Shown piece by piece: positions 27,828-39,500 of a DNA stretch of 64,000 bases. The notes beneath the pieces were generated by a model, which saw nothing but the letters and a program-made list of their open reading frames with translations, was not told the DNA's origin and made no database searches. Numbering within the stretch: the first letter of the stretch is position 1; every line of letters starts with the position of its first letter. The translations under genes were made by a program, and so were the position numbers. This stretch comes from Squalus acanthias (Eukaryota), in contig CM059430.1 in the NCBI GenBank assembly GCA_030390025.1, positions 61,504,001 to 61,568,000 on the forward strand. Reading direction: 5' to 3'.

Positions 27828-30800
27828 TTAATAAAGCGTTTTCTTACCTTCATTGGAAGTTATTTTTACGTGGTCCACAATAATTCCCGTCAGTGCAAGA
27901 ATTATCAAAAAACCCAGAACAAGCCGAGCAATCAGGAGGAACCGGATGCTGAAACTGTGACCTACAATGTTGGATTAAAACCAAGATATAAAACTGTGGT
28001 ATATAAGTATTATCGAATGGAAGCAACAGTGATTGGTTTATACAGGGGCATGGGGTTCATTAAATGGCTACTTTAAACCGAACTCCATGGGGGCGATTTG
28101 AACTTGCCTAAATCGGCGTTAACGGTGCGAAAAGGGCTTCAAAATTGGATCGGTAGACTTAGCAGCATGTTAACGCCCACAACGGAGTCTTCCACTGCCA
28201 GAGAGGGCCTGTTGCTCGGGGCTTTCGCCTTTGTCTCAGGCAGTAGGCTACTCTTCATATCCAAATCGAGGTTCTATGATGAATAGAGGATCCCGATAGC
28301 CATTTCAGGACAAAACTGGTACGCCCTGACCTCTGAGGTCAGTTTTACTAGCGAGAGAGATAAAGAGATCTGAACATGTACATTGAAATTATTTTTGCGT
28401 GACTAGGAAAAGCAGGAGTGCTCCTGTGGGCCCCATAAAGATAATCTGGAATGCTGCAACCCGCCCACGAAACCTCCCCCCACCCGCACCCCAACCCGCC
28501 ACTACCTGATCTTGACACTCCCGGTTTAGCTTGCTGTCCAGCAGGCTGTCTCTGGAGACCTGCGAAGTGTACACGCCTTACATGCATTAAGGTTCCTCAT
28601 TTTCATACAAGTAGCCTGGCATATTCTCCCTTTATAGGAGACTAATTCTCACCAGCACAGGGGCCAAGTGCCAATTATTTTCGATCTGCACAATAATCTC
28701 CACCATTCCTTAATTTTATTCTAACTTCCACAGTGATCAAAACAGTTCCGAACATTTCATAAACTGTTATTTATTGGTCTAAAGGGTCCATAGCTATAGT
28801 GGTAGCCAGAGTAAATCCATCAATTGCTCCAACAATCTACAAGAAATTGAGGAGAAAAGTTGCTCAGTGGATGAAAGAAATCCAGGTAATAGTTTCCTTA
28901 TACTTTTGGAAGATATTTGCAGAAGTTCTGCGCGTGAGGCTTTTGAAGCAAATTCAGCCTCATGGCATTCGGGGAGAATTGGAAAGTGATAAATAAAGGT
29001 TCTGTCTGGGGAGCAGTGGATTTCTAGACAGAGCTCTACCCGGTCTATTTTAGGTTCAATGCTGTCTCGTCTATTGATGAACTATATGGAGGAGCCACTT
29101 CTAGTAATAGTCCTAGATGTGCTGATGGCGTCAATACATAGATAGAAGAGATGTAGGTTAATAACACTCCAAGAAATCTGGGTCATCGAAGAAATGCCCT
29201 TGAAAGATATTGGTGGCAGATCCACGCAAAGTCTGTTCAAATCTTACCTTGCTTAACGGTGTAGCTGACATTGGCGGGCACCGGAAGAGAGACATGAGAT
29301 ACCAGACATGTATAAACAACTCCGCTCTGGGCAGGCTGTGCTTCTTCCAACGAACTGGTAACCTCAAACAGTCCCTCCGCGTTCCTGTTTTTCACAGTTG
29401 CTATTCCGGTCAGATTTTCGACACCATCTCTTCGCCAGGAGATTTCTAAATGCTCCGGGTAAAAGGCAGTCGTTTTACACTCGAGCTTTAGAGAAGTCGC
29501 TGAAATCCCTTCAACAGGAGCGATTTTCAGGGGAGTTGGGGGAACTTGAACAGAAAAAAAGTTTTTTGAAATTTAAAGGAACACATTCTAAGTTGCCTAC
29601 TCTCGTTATACTGTTACAGTCCGACTGTCACAATAGTTATCCGTGTTGTCGTTTATTTTAAACTTCGAGTTTGCATTTATTTTGTACATTGTTTTACGGC
29701 GCACAGCGAAATACGGGATGTATTGGAAACGGTACGCAAAGAGGGTGAATCTCCCAGGGCTGCTAACATGCAGGGAGGCACGCGCCACTGTTCTGAATGG
29801 AGTATCAGATCCTGGCGCGGGATTGTGGTTGGCAGCAGTGACCCCGAGTGAGGTTCCTGTCCGACTATATCGGAGAGAGCGCAGCCCAGTCTGAACGAAC
29901 AGTGGAATCGCTTCTCGTTATTCATTGATAATCTTTGGAGTATTAAACATTTTGTGTGTTTAATTAGAACTTGGTCGCTTTTTAGATATTTGATACATTG
30001 CAAACATATTTTATATAAACGGTGAATATTGAGAAGAATAATTCTTACCAATATATCGAAATATCTCTGATGTCTACACAGATTGCAGACAGGATGCTGT
30101 TATATCTATAGATTAATATTCGTGCATTAAGTTGCTAACTCAGCATTTCAGTGTCTGTGGTGGAGATTTCAAATCGTGCAGCTTTCACGAAATGTACTTT
30201 CCCCAGAGCGCGAACCGAGGGCTGGAATATTTTTCACTTCATGACAGGGTTATATTGGTAATAATGTATCTCTATGTAGATCACAACATCCATATAGATG
30301 AGGGAATCTGAATAGGAAATCCCAACTCAGAGTGCATGTCTTATATAATTCCAGGGGTTTTGTCCTTCCCCAAGTCTATTCCGTCTGGTGAACACGTTTT
30401 GCCTGAAGAAGATTCTGCTTATATCAGTCCTACAATCGTCTTTTACGAATGTGAACCTTTGTCCGCTAGAGCTACAGTCACTGTTTAGCTGGAAATAGAG
30501 TCCCTTATTAGGTTTGCATTGTTCTGTCAGTTTATTACAAACAATCGCCTTCACATCTTTTCTTTAAATGTTTACTTTTCCGACTTTGTAGTAATAGCAA
30601 ACATTTAAGTTAGGGGTATTATTACATTGGAAAGTTATTTTAGCCTTTATTCCCAGCAGCACCGTGTTGACTGCCCAACCAAAGCTCAGAAGTCCTCCAT
30701 TCTTTACCACTGATCTGTTTAGGTATAATATGTAATGCGGTAGAATTTCCGTGGAGGAGGAGGACGAAAGTGTTCACTTAATCTGCTGCCGTAACTTCAG

Positions 30801-32582
30801 TCTGGGATTGGTAGAATGGAAATGGAAATTAGATTTGCAAATACGGGAGTCCAGGCGTTTATAGCAATTTCGGCGACAATCTGCCCAATTGGCGTAAGAC
30901 AGATGTTCAAACAGGAGCATTGGGTTTCTACACTCTCCTGCAAGGTCTAGGACTTGGGGTGGAATCCAGCATTGAGGGTAAGACCAACACTTCCCCTTTC
31001 AATGAACTATAAGATTCCTTTGTGAAATGAGTTCGGCAGTCTCAAATAAGTTCTCAACGAAAGCAAGTGAACAGCTTAAATTGCGGATATAGGAACAGGA
31101 GGAGACCATTTAGCCCCTCGAGTCTGCTCCGCCATTCAATTAGATGATGGCTGATCTGTACCTCAAATCCATTTGTCCACTTAACTCCACATCCCTTGAT
31201 AACCCCACCTAACAAAAATCTATCCATCTCCATCTTGGAAGCTGCAATTGTCCCATCATCCACAGCCTTTTGGGAGAGAGAATTCCAGATTTTGGACAAT
31301 CCTGTACAGAAAATATTAGATTGGCAATTTCAAGCTGTGGGGCCAAAATGTGCCCTGGTGTGTGCAATAACCACGATTGTAGCAGGACATTGTTCTGTTG
31401 AGTTTGTGATGAAGGCACCTTGTTGGAGCGGCGGAGCTTGCCTTTAATGAAGTATAAAATACCTGACCTCGGAGGTGTTAGAATTGTTCCCATTGTCGCT
31501 CCTTGGCACCGCTATTTTGGTGAGAAGGAATTTGGCCATCTAATCCCAGTTATTAATTTCAAACCAAGATTTAAAAATTTATACTATTTCAGTATCTTGC
31601 CTCCTTAATAATTAGAAGTCGCACAACACCAGGTTATAGTCCAACAGTTTTATTTGAAATTACGAGCTTTCGGAGCTCTGCTCCTTCTTCAGGTACAGTG
31701 AGGGAATATTAATAATTGTAACTGCACTTCCAAAAGAACTCATTGGATGCAAAGCACGTTGGAATGCCATGCAGACAATGAAGGGGGGAAATTGATCTGG
31801 GGCGGTAGCGCAAACCGGGCGCTAGCGAATCGGCTGGCCGTTGTACACCGGGGTGAATAGAAAAGAAAATCGGGAGAAGTGTAAAACGAATTTGCTATCA
31901 CCTGGTTTTCGTCAAGTGATAAAAGTTCAAATTACCCCCACTACTGAGTTTTACATATATCGCAAACTGCTGAGAATCTCCCACTCCCCGGCACAATGAC
32001 ACTTACCGTACACAGTAAGCTGGGAGCCACTTCCATCTCCAATAGATTTTTGATGATGTTTTACTTTGCAGTAATACACTCCGGAGTCGGCGACACTCGC
32101 ATTCAGGAGATCAAATGAACCACTTCCCTTTTTTACATTAAATTGCTTTCTTTTGTCTGGCTCCAGAAACGTCTCCTCACCCCATCTCCGCCAATAAACA
32201 TCGGGGGCATCTTGAAATATTGGAAATGTGCAGAACATGGAAACATTTGTACTCCTGGTAACATTAATGTATTTCGGGAATTGATTCACTTTGATAGAAG
32301 TTACTTCAGCGGCTATCAGAAAATAAACAAAAACGCTGACATAATAGTTTGCATACTTGAGAAAATAAATATATAATGACTTAGAAATTTAAAAAAAACC
32401 AAGAAAATTACCACGTTACTAACACAATAAGAAAAACGGATGAAAGAAATGTGCACAAAATATGACAAATTGTTTTAACACTAGCCTTTATTCGCTAAGC
32501 ATGGAGCGGTAAGATAAACAAACACACCTCTGTAAAGAACTCCCACAAAAGATATGCAGAAAAGCGCGGAGCTCACCGCCAT
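27828..32582 (-). CDS. Non-rearranging VJ-C1-TM(Arg) immunoglobulin superfamily receptor (antigen-receptor/NKp30/SIRP-like); spliced CDS 32582-32528, 32312-32007, 29544-29248, 27961-27848 (or read-through to TAA at 27828)
   Basis: Four exons with GT-AG boundaries, all phase 1, join into one open frame: MAVSSALFCISFVGVLYR-AAEVTSIKVNQFPKY...YYCKVKHHQKSIGDGSGSQLTVY-VPPTPLKI...YTCLVSHVSL...TVKQ-GHSFSIRFLLIARLVLGFLIILALTGIIVDHVKITSNEGKKTLY*. The 3' end is uncertain. Confidence 0.88.
27848..27961 (-). CDS. Exon 4: transmembrane exon with intramembrane Arg
   Basis: Acceptor caacattgtag, donor G|gtaaga, 114 nt. Translates GHSFSIRFLLIARLVLGFLIILALTGIIVDHVKITSNE; phase matches the C1 exon. Confidence 0.85.
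28088..28652. mobile_element. Degenerate Harbinger-type MITE in the C1-TM intron
   Basis: Begins GGGGGCGATTT, ends AATTCTCACC; GC-rich interior resembles the other MITEs here. Confidence 0.4.
29248..29544 (-). CDS. Exon 3: Ig C1-set domain
   Basis: Acceptor tttttttctgttcaag, donor G|gtaaga, 297 nt open. LECKTTAFYPEHLEISWRRDG...GLFEVTSSL...YTCLVSHVSL carries the C1 signatures CxxxxFYPxxxxxxW and YxCxVxH. Not in the ORF track. Confidence 0.95.
31085..31300 (-). mobile_element. CR1 3'-end fragment
   Basis: IWNSLSQKAVD...KMEMDRFL plus the CR1 3'UTR hairpin region. Confidence 0.8.
31661..31695 (-). ncRNA. Minimal hammerhead ribozyme motif, second Penelope-type repeat family
   Basis: UAC-CUGAAGA-A-GGAGC(AGA)GCUCC-GAAAG-CUC-GUA: core, 5-bp stem II, 3-bp stem I, palindromic AGCU. 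Confidence 0.6.
31783..31939. mobile_element. Small MITE (about 157 bp)
   Basis: Imperfect TIR GGGGGAAATTGA / TCAAATTACCCCC. Confidence 0.6.
32007..32312 (-). CDS. Exon 2: Ig V-set domain with germline-joined J-like G strand
   Basis: Acceptor tttgtttattttctgatag, donor G|gtaagt. B-strand Cys (SMFC), C-strand Trp (VYW), DSGVYYC, and GDGSGSQLTV (GxG J motif) are all in one 306-nt exon. Confidence 0.95.
32528..32582 (-). CDS. Exon 1: signal peptide MAVSSALFCISFVGVLYR
   Basis: ATG in good Kozak context (agaATGG), hydrophobic 18 aa, donor G|gtgtgt in phase 1, 215-nt intron to the V exon. Confidence 0.8.
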
Positions 32583-32654
32583 TCTGAGTGACGAATATTA
32601 GACTGGCCATAAGCTGCAAGGAGCCACTTAGCTCCTGGAGCTTTGGAAGCCAGG

Positions 32655-32755
32655 GGTTTGCACGTGGTCTAGAGTGGCGTGTAATATCACGTGCCTAAAT
32701 GTACAATTTCAATTGATGTATTTCCTTTGTTACGACAGTATTGTGGGCGGAGAGT
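32655..32755 (-). promoter_or_regulatory. Probable proximal promoter of the VJ-C1 gene
   Basis: Two CACGTG E-boxes (32661, 32688) and a GGGCGG GC box (32745) lie 80-170 bp upstream of the ATG in unique, CpG-containing sequence. Confidence 0.35.
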
Positions 32756-33769
32756 CGTGCAGACTCAGGGTTTAATGCACCCATTTAAAAGATCTAGGAT
32801 ACTTAGGCGTATTGTAGTTACTCGTGTAACTCACCTACGCAAAAATGCCCCATTTTTAAAGCCATGTAACTTGTTTGCCTCCAGATTGCACTTCTCTCTT
32901 GGCGGAAACGCGGAGACAACTCCGGACTGTGAGTGCTCCTTTCTTGTTCTTGTAGTGATAAAGCGTTATTGATTGAACTGGTGTATTTTGTTCCGCCTAT
33001 TCCTACAGCAAACCCTGATCAGTGTAAAATAAATCTCCTGCCTGTGCGTTGAATGCCCGTGCGCCTTTACGCTAACCAATCGAGATCTCCATGTTAATGA
33101 GCTTAAAAGCATAAGTCAAAATCCATCGACTCACATTCTGCTGTAAATAGGAGGAGCCTATTTGTCTGATCCACGGTTGTGCAAATGTAACAACACGCTT
33201 GACTTCAGCTGTGATGGTGAACTGTCGGGTGAACTGACTGGCCGACCTCATCCCTATTAACCTTCTGGTCTTATTACCGATGAACGTTGAAACTAACAAA
33301 TGAGAAAACAAGAGTGAAAGTGGAACGGCAGATCGTGTGGACTATAGTTATTTTGTGCGTTATAGTGAATCCCGTCATCCTGTTGCCCGATCATAGCTCC
33401 CAGATCCACCTGAATTCACAAATGCTGTCCTAGTGGCTTCTATTAAATGATTGCAGTGTCTACCATAGCCTATGAGTATCCCATAAGCACCATCCTCCGA
33501 TCACATACTCCGGTGTGAGTTTGGTTTACATATGTAAGTTCAGTGAACATTCATGCTGCCACTAAACCCATTCACTATATATCTGTATTGTTTCAGATTG
33601 CATGCTTGCTTACCATGACCTGGTCGCTTATTTGGTGAAGCCATTGTCCTTGGAGTCTTCTGTATTAGGTGACCTCAGAGACAAATATTGCAGTAGTGGC
33701 ATGATTGAGCTAAGTGCCCCTGCACTGGACAAAACAGTAATCAATTAGGCTTGGGTTGTCATCCATATC

Positions 33770-36500
33770 TGAAGCAGGCAACTGAAATGAAGTTTTGTAA
33801 TAAGGCCAATGTCCGCAGTGTAATTAATAGGTTGTTGAACTGCAGGCACAAATTGCTGCATGGGAATATGACGTGGTTGTAATAATAGAGACCTGGCTAA
33901 AACAAGGCCAGGAATTGATTCTTAATATTCCTGGTTACCAAGCATTCAGGAATGATAGCGAAGGATAAAGAGCAGGGGGCGAGGCAGCATTGATTAAAGA
34001 TGATGTTACAGTTCTAAGTCGAAAGTATACACTGGATGATTCTGGGACTGAATTTATTTGGCTTGAGTTGTGGAACCGAGGGGGAGCTGTTACACTGTTG
34101 GAAACTTTTTTATAGAGCTCCAAACAATGGGAAGGAGTTGGATGAGCATATTTGTCGGCAAATTTCAAAGACGTGTAACAAAAATAGAGTAGTAATATTA
34201 GGAGACTTTAATTACCCTAATATAGACTGTGGAAAACATAGTGCTGAGGGTAGGGAAGGAGAGGAATTTCTGATATGTGTACAGGAGTACTTTCTCGATC
34301 AATATATCTCCAGTGCAACAAGGAAGGAAGCAGTGTTGGATCTGGTTCTGGGAAATGAAGTAGGGCAAGTGATGTGTGTTACCATGGGAGATCATCTAGC
34401 TAAAAGTGACCACAATATAATTCGGTTTAAAATAAGTATGGAAAGAGAGCAGAAAATGTCGAAGGAAAAAATGCTCAACTGGGGAAGAGCTATTTTCTGT
34501 GATTTAAGGAGGGACCTATCACAGATAGATTGTAAAAGGCGATTGCAGGGTAAAGCAGTAAAGGAGCAATGGAAGGCATTCAGCGAAGAGATAGTTCAGG
34601 TGCAAACTAAGCCCATTCCTTTGAAGGGAAACGGTAGAACATCCAAAGTTAATGCGCCCTGGATGACAAAGGAAATACAATTTAAAATAAAAGAAAACAA
34701 GGAGGCTTATGATAAATTTCAGGAGCAAAATTCAATTATTAACCAGGAAGTGTATGGAAAGTACAGGAGGGAATTGAAAAATTTAATTCGTGAGGCAAAG
34801 AAAGGTTACGAGAAAAGATTGGCAAGCAATATTAAAATGAACCCTAACGCAGTTTATAAACATATAAAGCATAAGTAGTTAGCTAAGGACAAAGTTGATC
34901 TATTAATGGCCCAAAGGGAAATCTTCATGTCGAGGCAGAGGACATGGTTAAACTATTAAATGAATACATTGCATCTGTCTTCACAAAGGAAGATGGAATG
35001 CATCCTAGGTTGCTGAAAGAAGCAAAGGTAGAAATAGAAGAGACATTGGTCAAAATCTTTCAATTCTCATTGGATACAGGAGTAGTGCCGGAGTACTGGT
35101 GGGTTGCTAATGTTATACCACTATTCAAGTTAGGGGAGAGGGATAAACCAGGAAACTACAGGCCAGTCAGCCTAACATCGCTAGTGGAAAAGTTAATAAA
35201 AACCATTATCAGGGACAAAATAAACTTTCATTTGGAAAGGCATTGGTTAATCAAGGAGAATCAGCATGGATTTGTTAAAAGCAAATCTTGTCTGACTAAC
35301 TTGATTGAATTCTTTGATGAGTTAACAGAGAAGGTCGATCAAGGTAATGCAGTAGATGTTGTATGAATGGATTTTCGGAAGGTATTGGACAAATTGCGCA
35401 CAGGAAGCTTATTAAGAAGATGGAAGTGCATCGAATTCAGGGAAAAGTAGCGGTATGGATACAAAATTGGCTCAGTGACAGGAAGCAAAGGGTAGTGGTG
35501 GATAGATGTTTTTCAGACTTGGAGGTGGTTTGCAGTGGTGTTCCCCAAGGATCAGTTTTGGCTCCATTATTCTTTTCAATTTTAATAAACGACCTAGACT
35601 CGGCTGTAGGGAGCAGATATTTACAGATGATGCGGAATTTGGTAAAGTAGTAGATAGAGATGAGGATTGTTATAGGCTTCGTGATGACATAGACAGGATG
35701 GTGAAATGGGAAGAAGCATGGCAGATGGAGTTCAATGCGGAGAAATGTGAAGTGATGCACTTTGGGAGGACTTATGTGGAAAGTCTGTACACTGAAAAAG
35801 GGCACGATTTTGAAAAGTGTAGATGAGCAGAGAGACCTTGGTATCCATATACACAAATCCTTAAATGATGCAGGGCAAGTTGATAAGATGGTTAAAAAAT
35901 CCTATGGGTTAATTGGGTTTATAAATAGAGGAATAGAATATAAAAAGCAAAGAGATCATGCTGGAACGTTATAATCACTGCTTAGGCCTCAGCTGGAGTA
36001 TTGTGGACAATTCTGGGCACCACACCACATGAAAGATGTAAAGGTCTTAGAAAGGATACAGAGCAGGTTTACTAGGATATAACCAGGAATGAGGGACTTC
36101 AGTTATGAGGAGAAGGTAGAAAAGGTAGGACTGTTCTCCTTGGAACAGGGAAGGTTAAGAGGTGACCTAATAGAGCTTTTCAAGATGATGGGAGGTTTTG
36201 ATAGAGTAGAGAAAAACTATTCCCTCTGGCGAGCGGAGCAAAAACTACAGGCCACAGGATACAAATCATTGACTAAAGATCTAGAGGGGCGATGAGGAGT
36301 TTTTTTCACTCCAAAATGGTGGAAGCTGATTCCATAATTAATTTTAAAAGGTTGTTGGACAGGTACTTGAGAATGTGGAACTTCTATTGTTACGGAGAAA
36401 AAGCAGGGATGTGGGACTAAGCAGGGATGCTTTTTCAAAGTGCCATTACATGCAGGACGGGCTAAATGGCCTCCTTTTGTGCCGTAAGTTTCTATGATTC
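33770..36500 (+). mobile_element. CR1 LINE ORF2 (APE+RT), degraded
   Basis: VVILGDFNYPNID, GNYRPVSLTS, QHGFVK, GVPQGSVLAP; tail ttctatgattctacgat. Confidence 0.9.
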
Positions 36501-39500
36501 TACGATCCTTATGTATAAAATAGGATGGCAAAGGTAATTCGGGAATACTACTAAGCAGTGCTGGTAGGACAAGTTGACACGTGTGCAAAATAGCAGAAGG
36601 TAAATTTTAGACTGATATCAGGAAGATTTATTTTCACACAGGAATGGTCACCATGTGGAAGGGACTTCCAGTTAGAGTAGTGGAGATAAAAAATAATCCC
36701 TGGAATCATTTCAAAAACAATTGGATACTCTGCTCAGAATATGTAGCGTCTTTGAGGGCGCACGGCCCAAATTTATTTTCTCACCTGTATCTACTTTGCA
36801 CTCATGACGCCTGCTACAAGGTGTTTGTTTATGTGTGCATGTCCTCTATGGCCCAATTTTGGCTCCATTCCCATATTCCACCCCCAGTCACCATTGGGAC
36901 TGACGCATGAAGAATGGTCAGTTGGGTGATGGTGAAAGGTACAGGAGAGCTAATTGTGCAAGTGGACGCTTATCTGATTCACTTTGAAGAGCAGAAGAGA
37001 AATGGGCAGGGAAGTAGGCAACATTGTTTAAAATCCGCTTCTGCATTTTCGAAAGCAGGTAAACTAGTTTAAATATAAGTGATTTGTCGCGTTTAAATAG
37101 TAGGTTTTCTTCTTTATTTTCTAAGTAGTTTTGGACTCATCCCTTTGACATGAGAAGGTGATGGTGCCGGGCCTTCTCCTTGAAGGTTTTGTTTTACAAC
37201 TGGATGGCTTCCTAGGCCTTTTCAGAGTACAGTTCAGAGTGAACCACATTGGTGCGAGACTGGAGACACATATAGGCCGGGTGCCAGTTTCAATTTCTTA
37301 AAGGAGTGAACTGTTAATTGATCGTTAGTCAATAGTAAACCGCTGGGGTCTTTACAACAATCCAATCTCTTGATTGCCAATTTTACTGCTACCAGATTTT
37401 TACACCTTCAATCACATCCATAAAGAGATTTATCTGAAATATGTTTTATATCATGCTTTTTACTTTCAATTTGAATTAAAATTCTCAAACTGTCACGTTA
37501 AAATTTTAACTCACGCTCGCTTGATATTAACACCTGAAATAATGCAACCGATGCTTCCTGAGCAGAAATAACTCGAGTATTTGGTTAAATTGAAAGGACC
37601 TTAAACAGCCTATCGCCGCCGCACAGCCGTATTAATCACATTGCGAAACAATCGCCCTGTCACTGCAACAGGTTGAAGGAGATAAATTTATTTTGCACGT
37701 TCGGTTGCTCATTTTGCAACATTCAAATCAAAAGAACAGCAATGATTGGTCTAACGCTTGCAGTGAAAGATCAAGCTAGCCTGCTTGGTTTGAGTAACGA
37801 ATTACCACCCTGGCTATTTCTATTTTCTTATATATTATTTATACGTTTAAACTTTTTGTTATAACCTGTCATGTTTTCAATCAGGTTCATTTCTAATTTA
37901 TGCTTTTTATTTTACATGCATTTATGCAATTTGGAAAGCCGTTGAAACATAATTCCCAGGACCAAATATAAAGTTAAGGTCTGAGACAGCTCTCAGTATC
38001 GATCGCTCGAAACTAGTCCAGGAGTAAATGGTGTACGTTATGTCGGGGTATTGGACAGTGCCGGGATTTTTGCAAATGGTTTAACGGGCTGGGATAAATA
38101 TGTAAGCATCTGCTTTATTTTTCAACAATTAATCAATTTTAAGATGACACTAAGATTGACATGAAGTAGTTCAAGGCGGTCCTTTTCATTGAGGCATCTC
38201 TGTTCTAGCTAAGATAAGTAAGGTGCGGTGAGGGAGACAACACACGATGAGACATGTCATGTAGGTGAAGTGGGAATGGGACTTAACTTAGAAGCTCAAT
38301 TGGAGAATAAAGAATGCACAGAGAGACACAACAATGACCAACTGTACAAATCTTAGCTATTTCCGTGTATCGATTCATTTCTAGTCCAAGACGAATCATT
38401 TAAACAATTTATGCAGAGCAATAAATAAACTATATTATGCGGCGGGAAGCTTTGGTGGAGCAATAAAATAACAACTAAATACAATAGCATTTAAATATGT
38501 ATCTTAGGTGACAATAATCTTCTTCCATGTATACAATCTTTGTTTAACTGCTCCTGATTCTATGCGTCACCGAGGTACACACGTTAATGTCATTGACATG
38601 TTCAGTTAAAGTTCAGAGGCACCCGCACAAGTTCACTCCTCATGAGTTGCCCATTACATGGACTGTATATAAAAAAACACAATGTAGAAGCCGTCATCGT
38701 TCTTCCGCTCCTTCTTTTCATTTTTTGGTTTAATCCCAAGCAGGATCCTGCGTATCCAATGAAATCAGTTAAAAAATACATTGCTGTCCCAGATACACAT
38801 GTACTCTTTATTTAATTACATGACCAGAAGATATTTAATTGAAAAGTTGTGTAATAGATATTACAACTTTACATTCTCGCAATTTCGACTAAAGTTATAA
38901 TTGCTGTTTGGCAATATATAATTTTCGACTACATTTTCCAGTGGGTATTTAGTATTTGCCTACCAGTAATTCAGTAAACAATTCAGTTTGCTGCCAGTCT
39001 TTTCACCTCGTCAGAGATAAAACATATTTAAATTTGTTGCTAGTGGTCTTCAGACGTTTGATTCTGACTTGTATGCCTTCAGTGTCTTCCCCTGTTCTCC
39101 TAAGGTGTTGAATTATGTTTGGGTGTAAACCCAAGGCTGCCGGTTACCCTCTACACGCTCACCCAAGTGGCCTAGATTGGCGGTAGGCTTTTCGATTGTG
39201 AGGGTCAACAAAGCTGAAACCTCTCCTATCCCCTCACGGTATCCGCTCAGGAGCACTTTCTAGCAGAGGGTAAGGATCAGGAATGCAAATACAGATTGAT
39301 AATTTTTCATTTATAAATCGATTTTTTTTGCCTCCCTGTTATTTCTCCAGCAGATAAATGCACAGCGGAATGAAAAGGAATATCGCCAGTGGGAACAAGA
39401 GATGTTTGACCTTGCAGTGAATTTGAGAACTCAAAGATGTCGTCCTGTCCAATATTTCAATTAGATATAATTAGGGTTAAGTTATTAAATGCGCTTTCAG

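Noticed and set aside
28729-28760. CACAGTG heptamer in the C1-TM intron (and cattgtg after the V donor) as RSS
   Set aside because: No nonamer at 12- or 23-bp spacing and wrong position relative to V; no evidence of rearrangement.
29643-30554. ORFs in the V-C1 intron as an additional Ig domain
   Set aside because: No Cys/Trp Ig pattern or phase-1 exon boundaries.
34036-34878. Longest ORF in the track (280 aa) as a host gene
   Set aside because: CR1 ORF2 endonuclease/linker fragment.
37960-38106. Plus-strand segment ending in a gtaagc donor
   Set aside because: In-frame stops and no partner exons or recognisable product.
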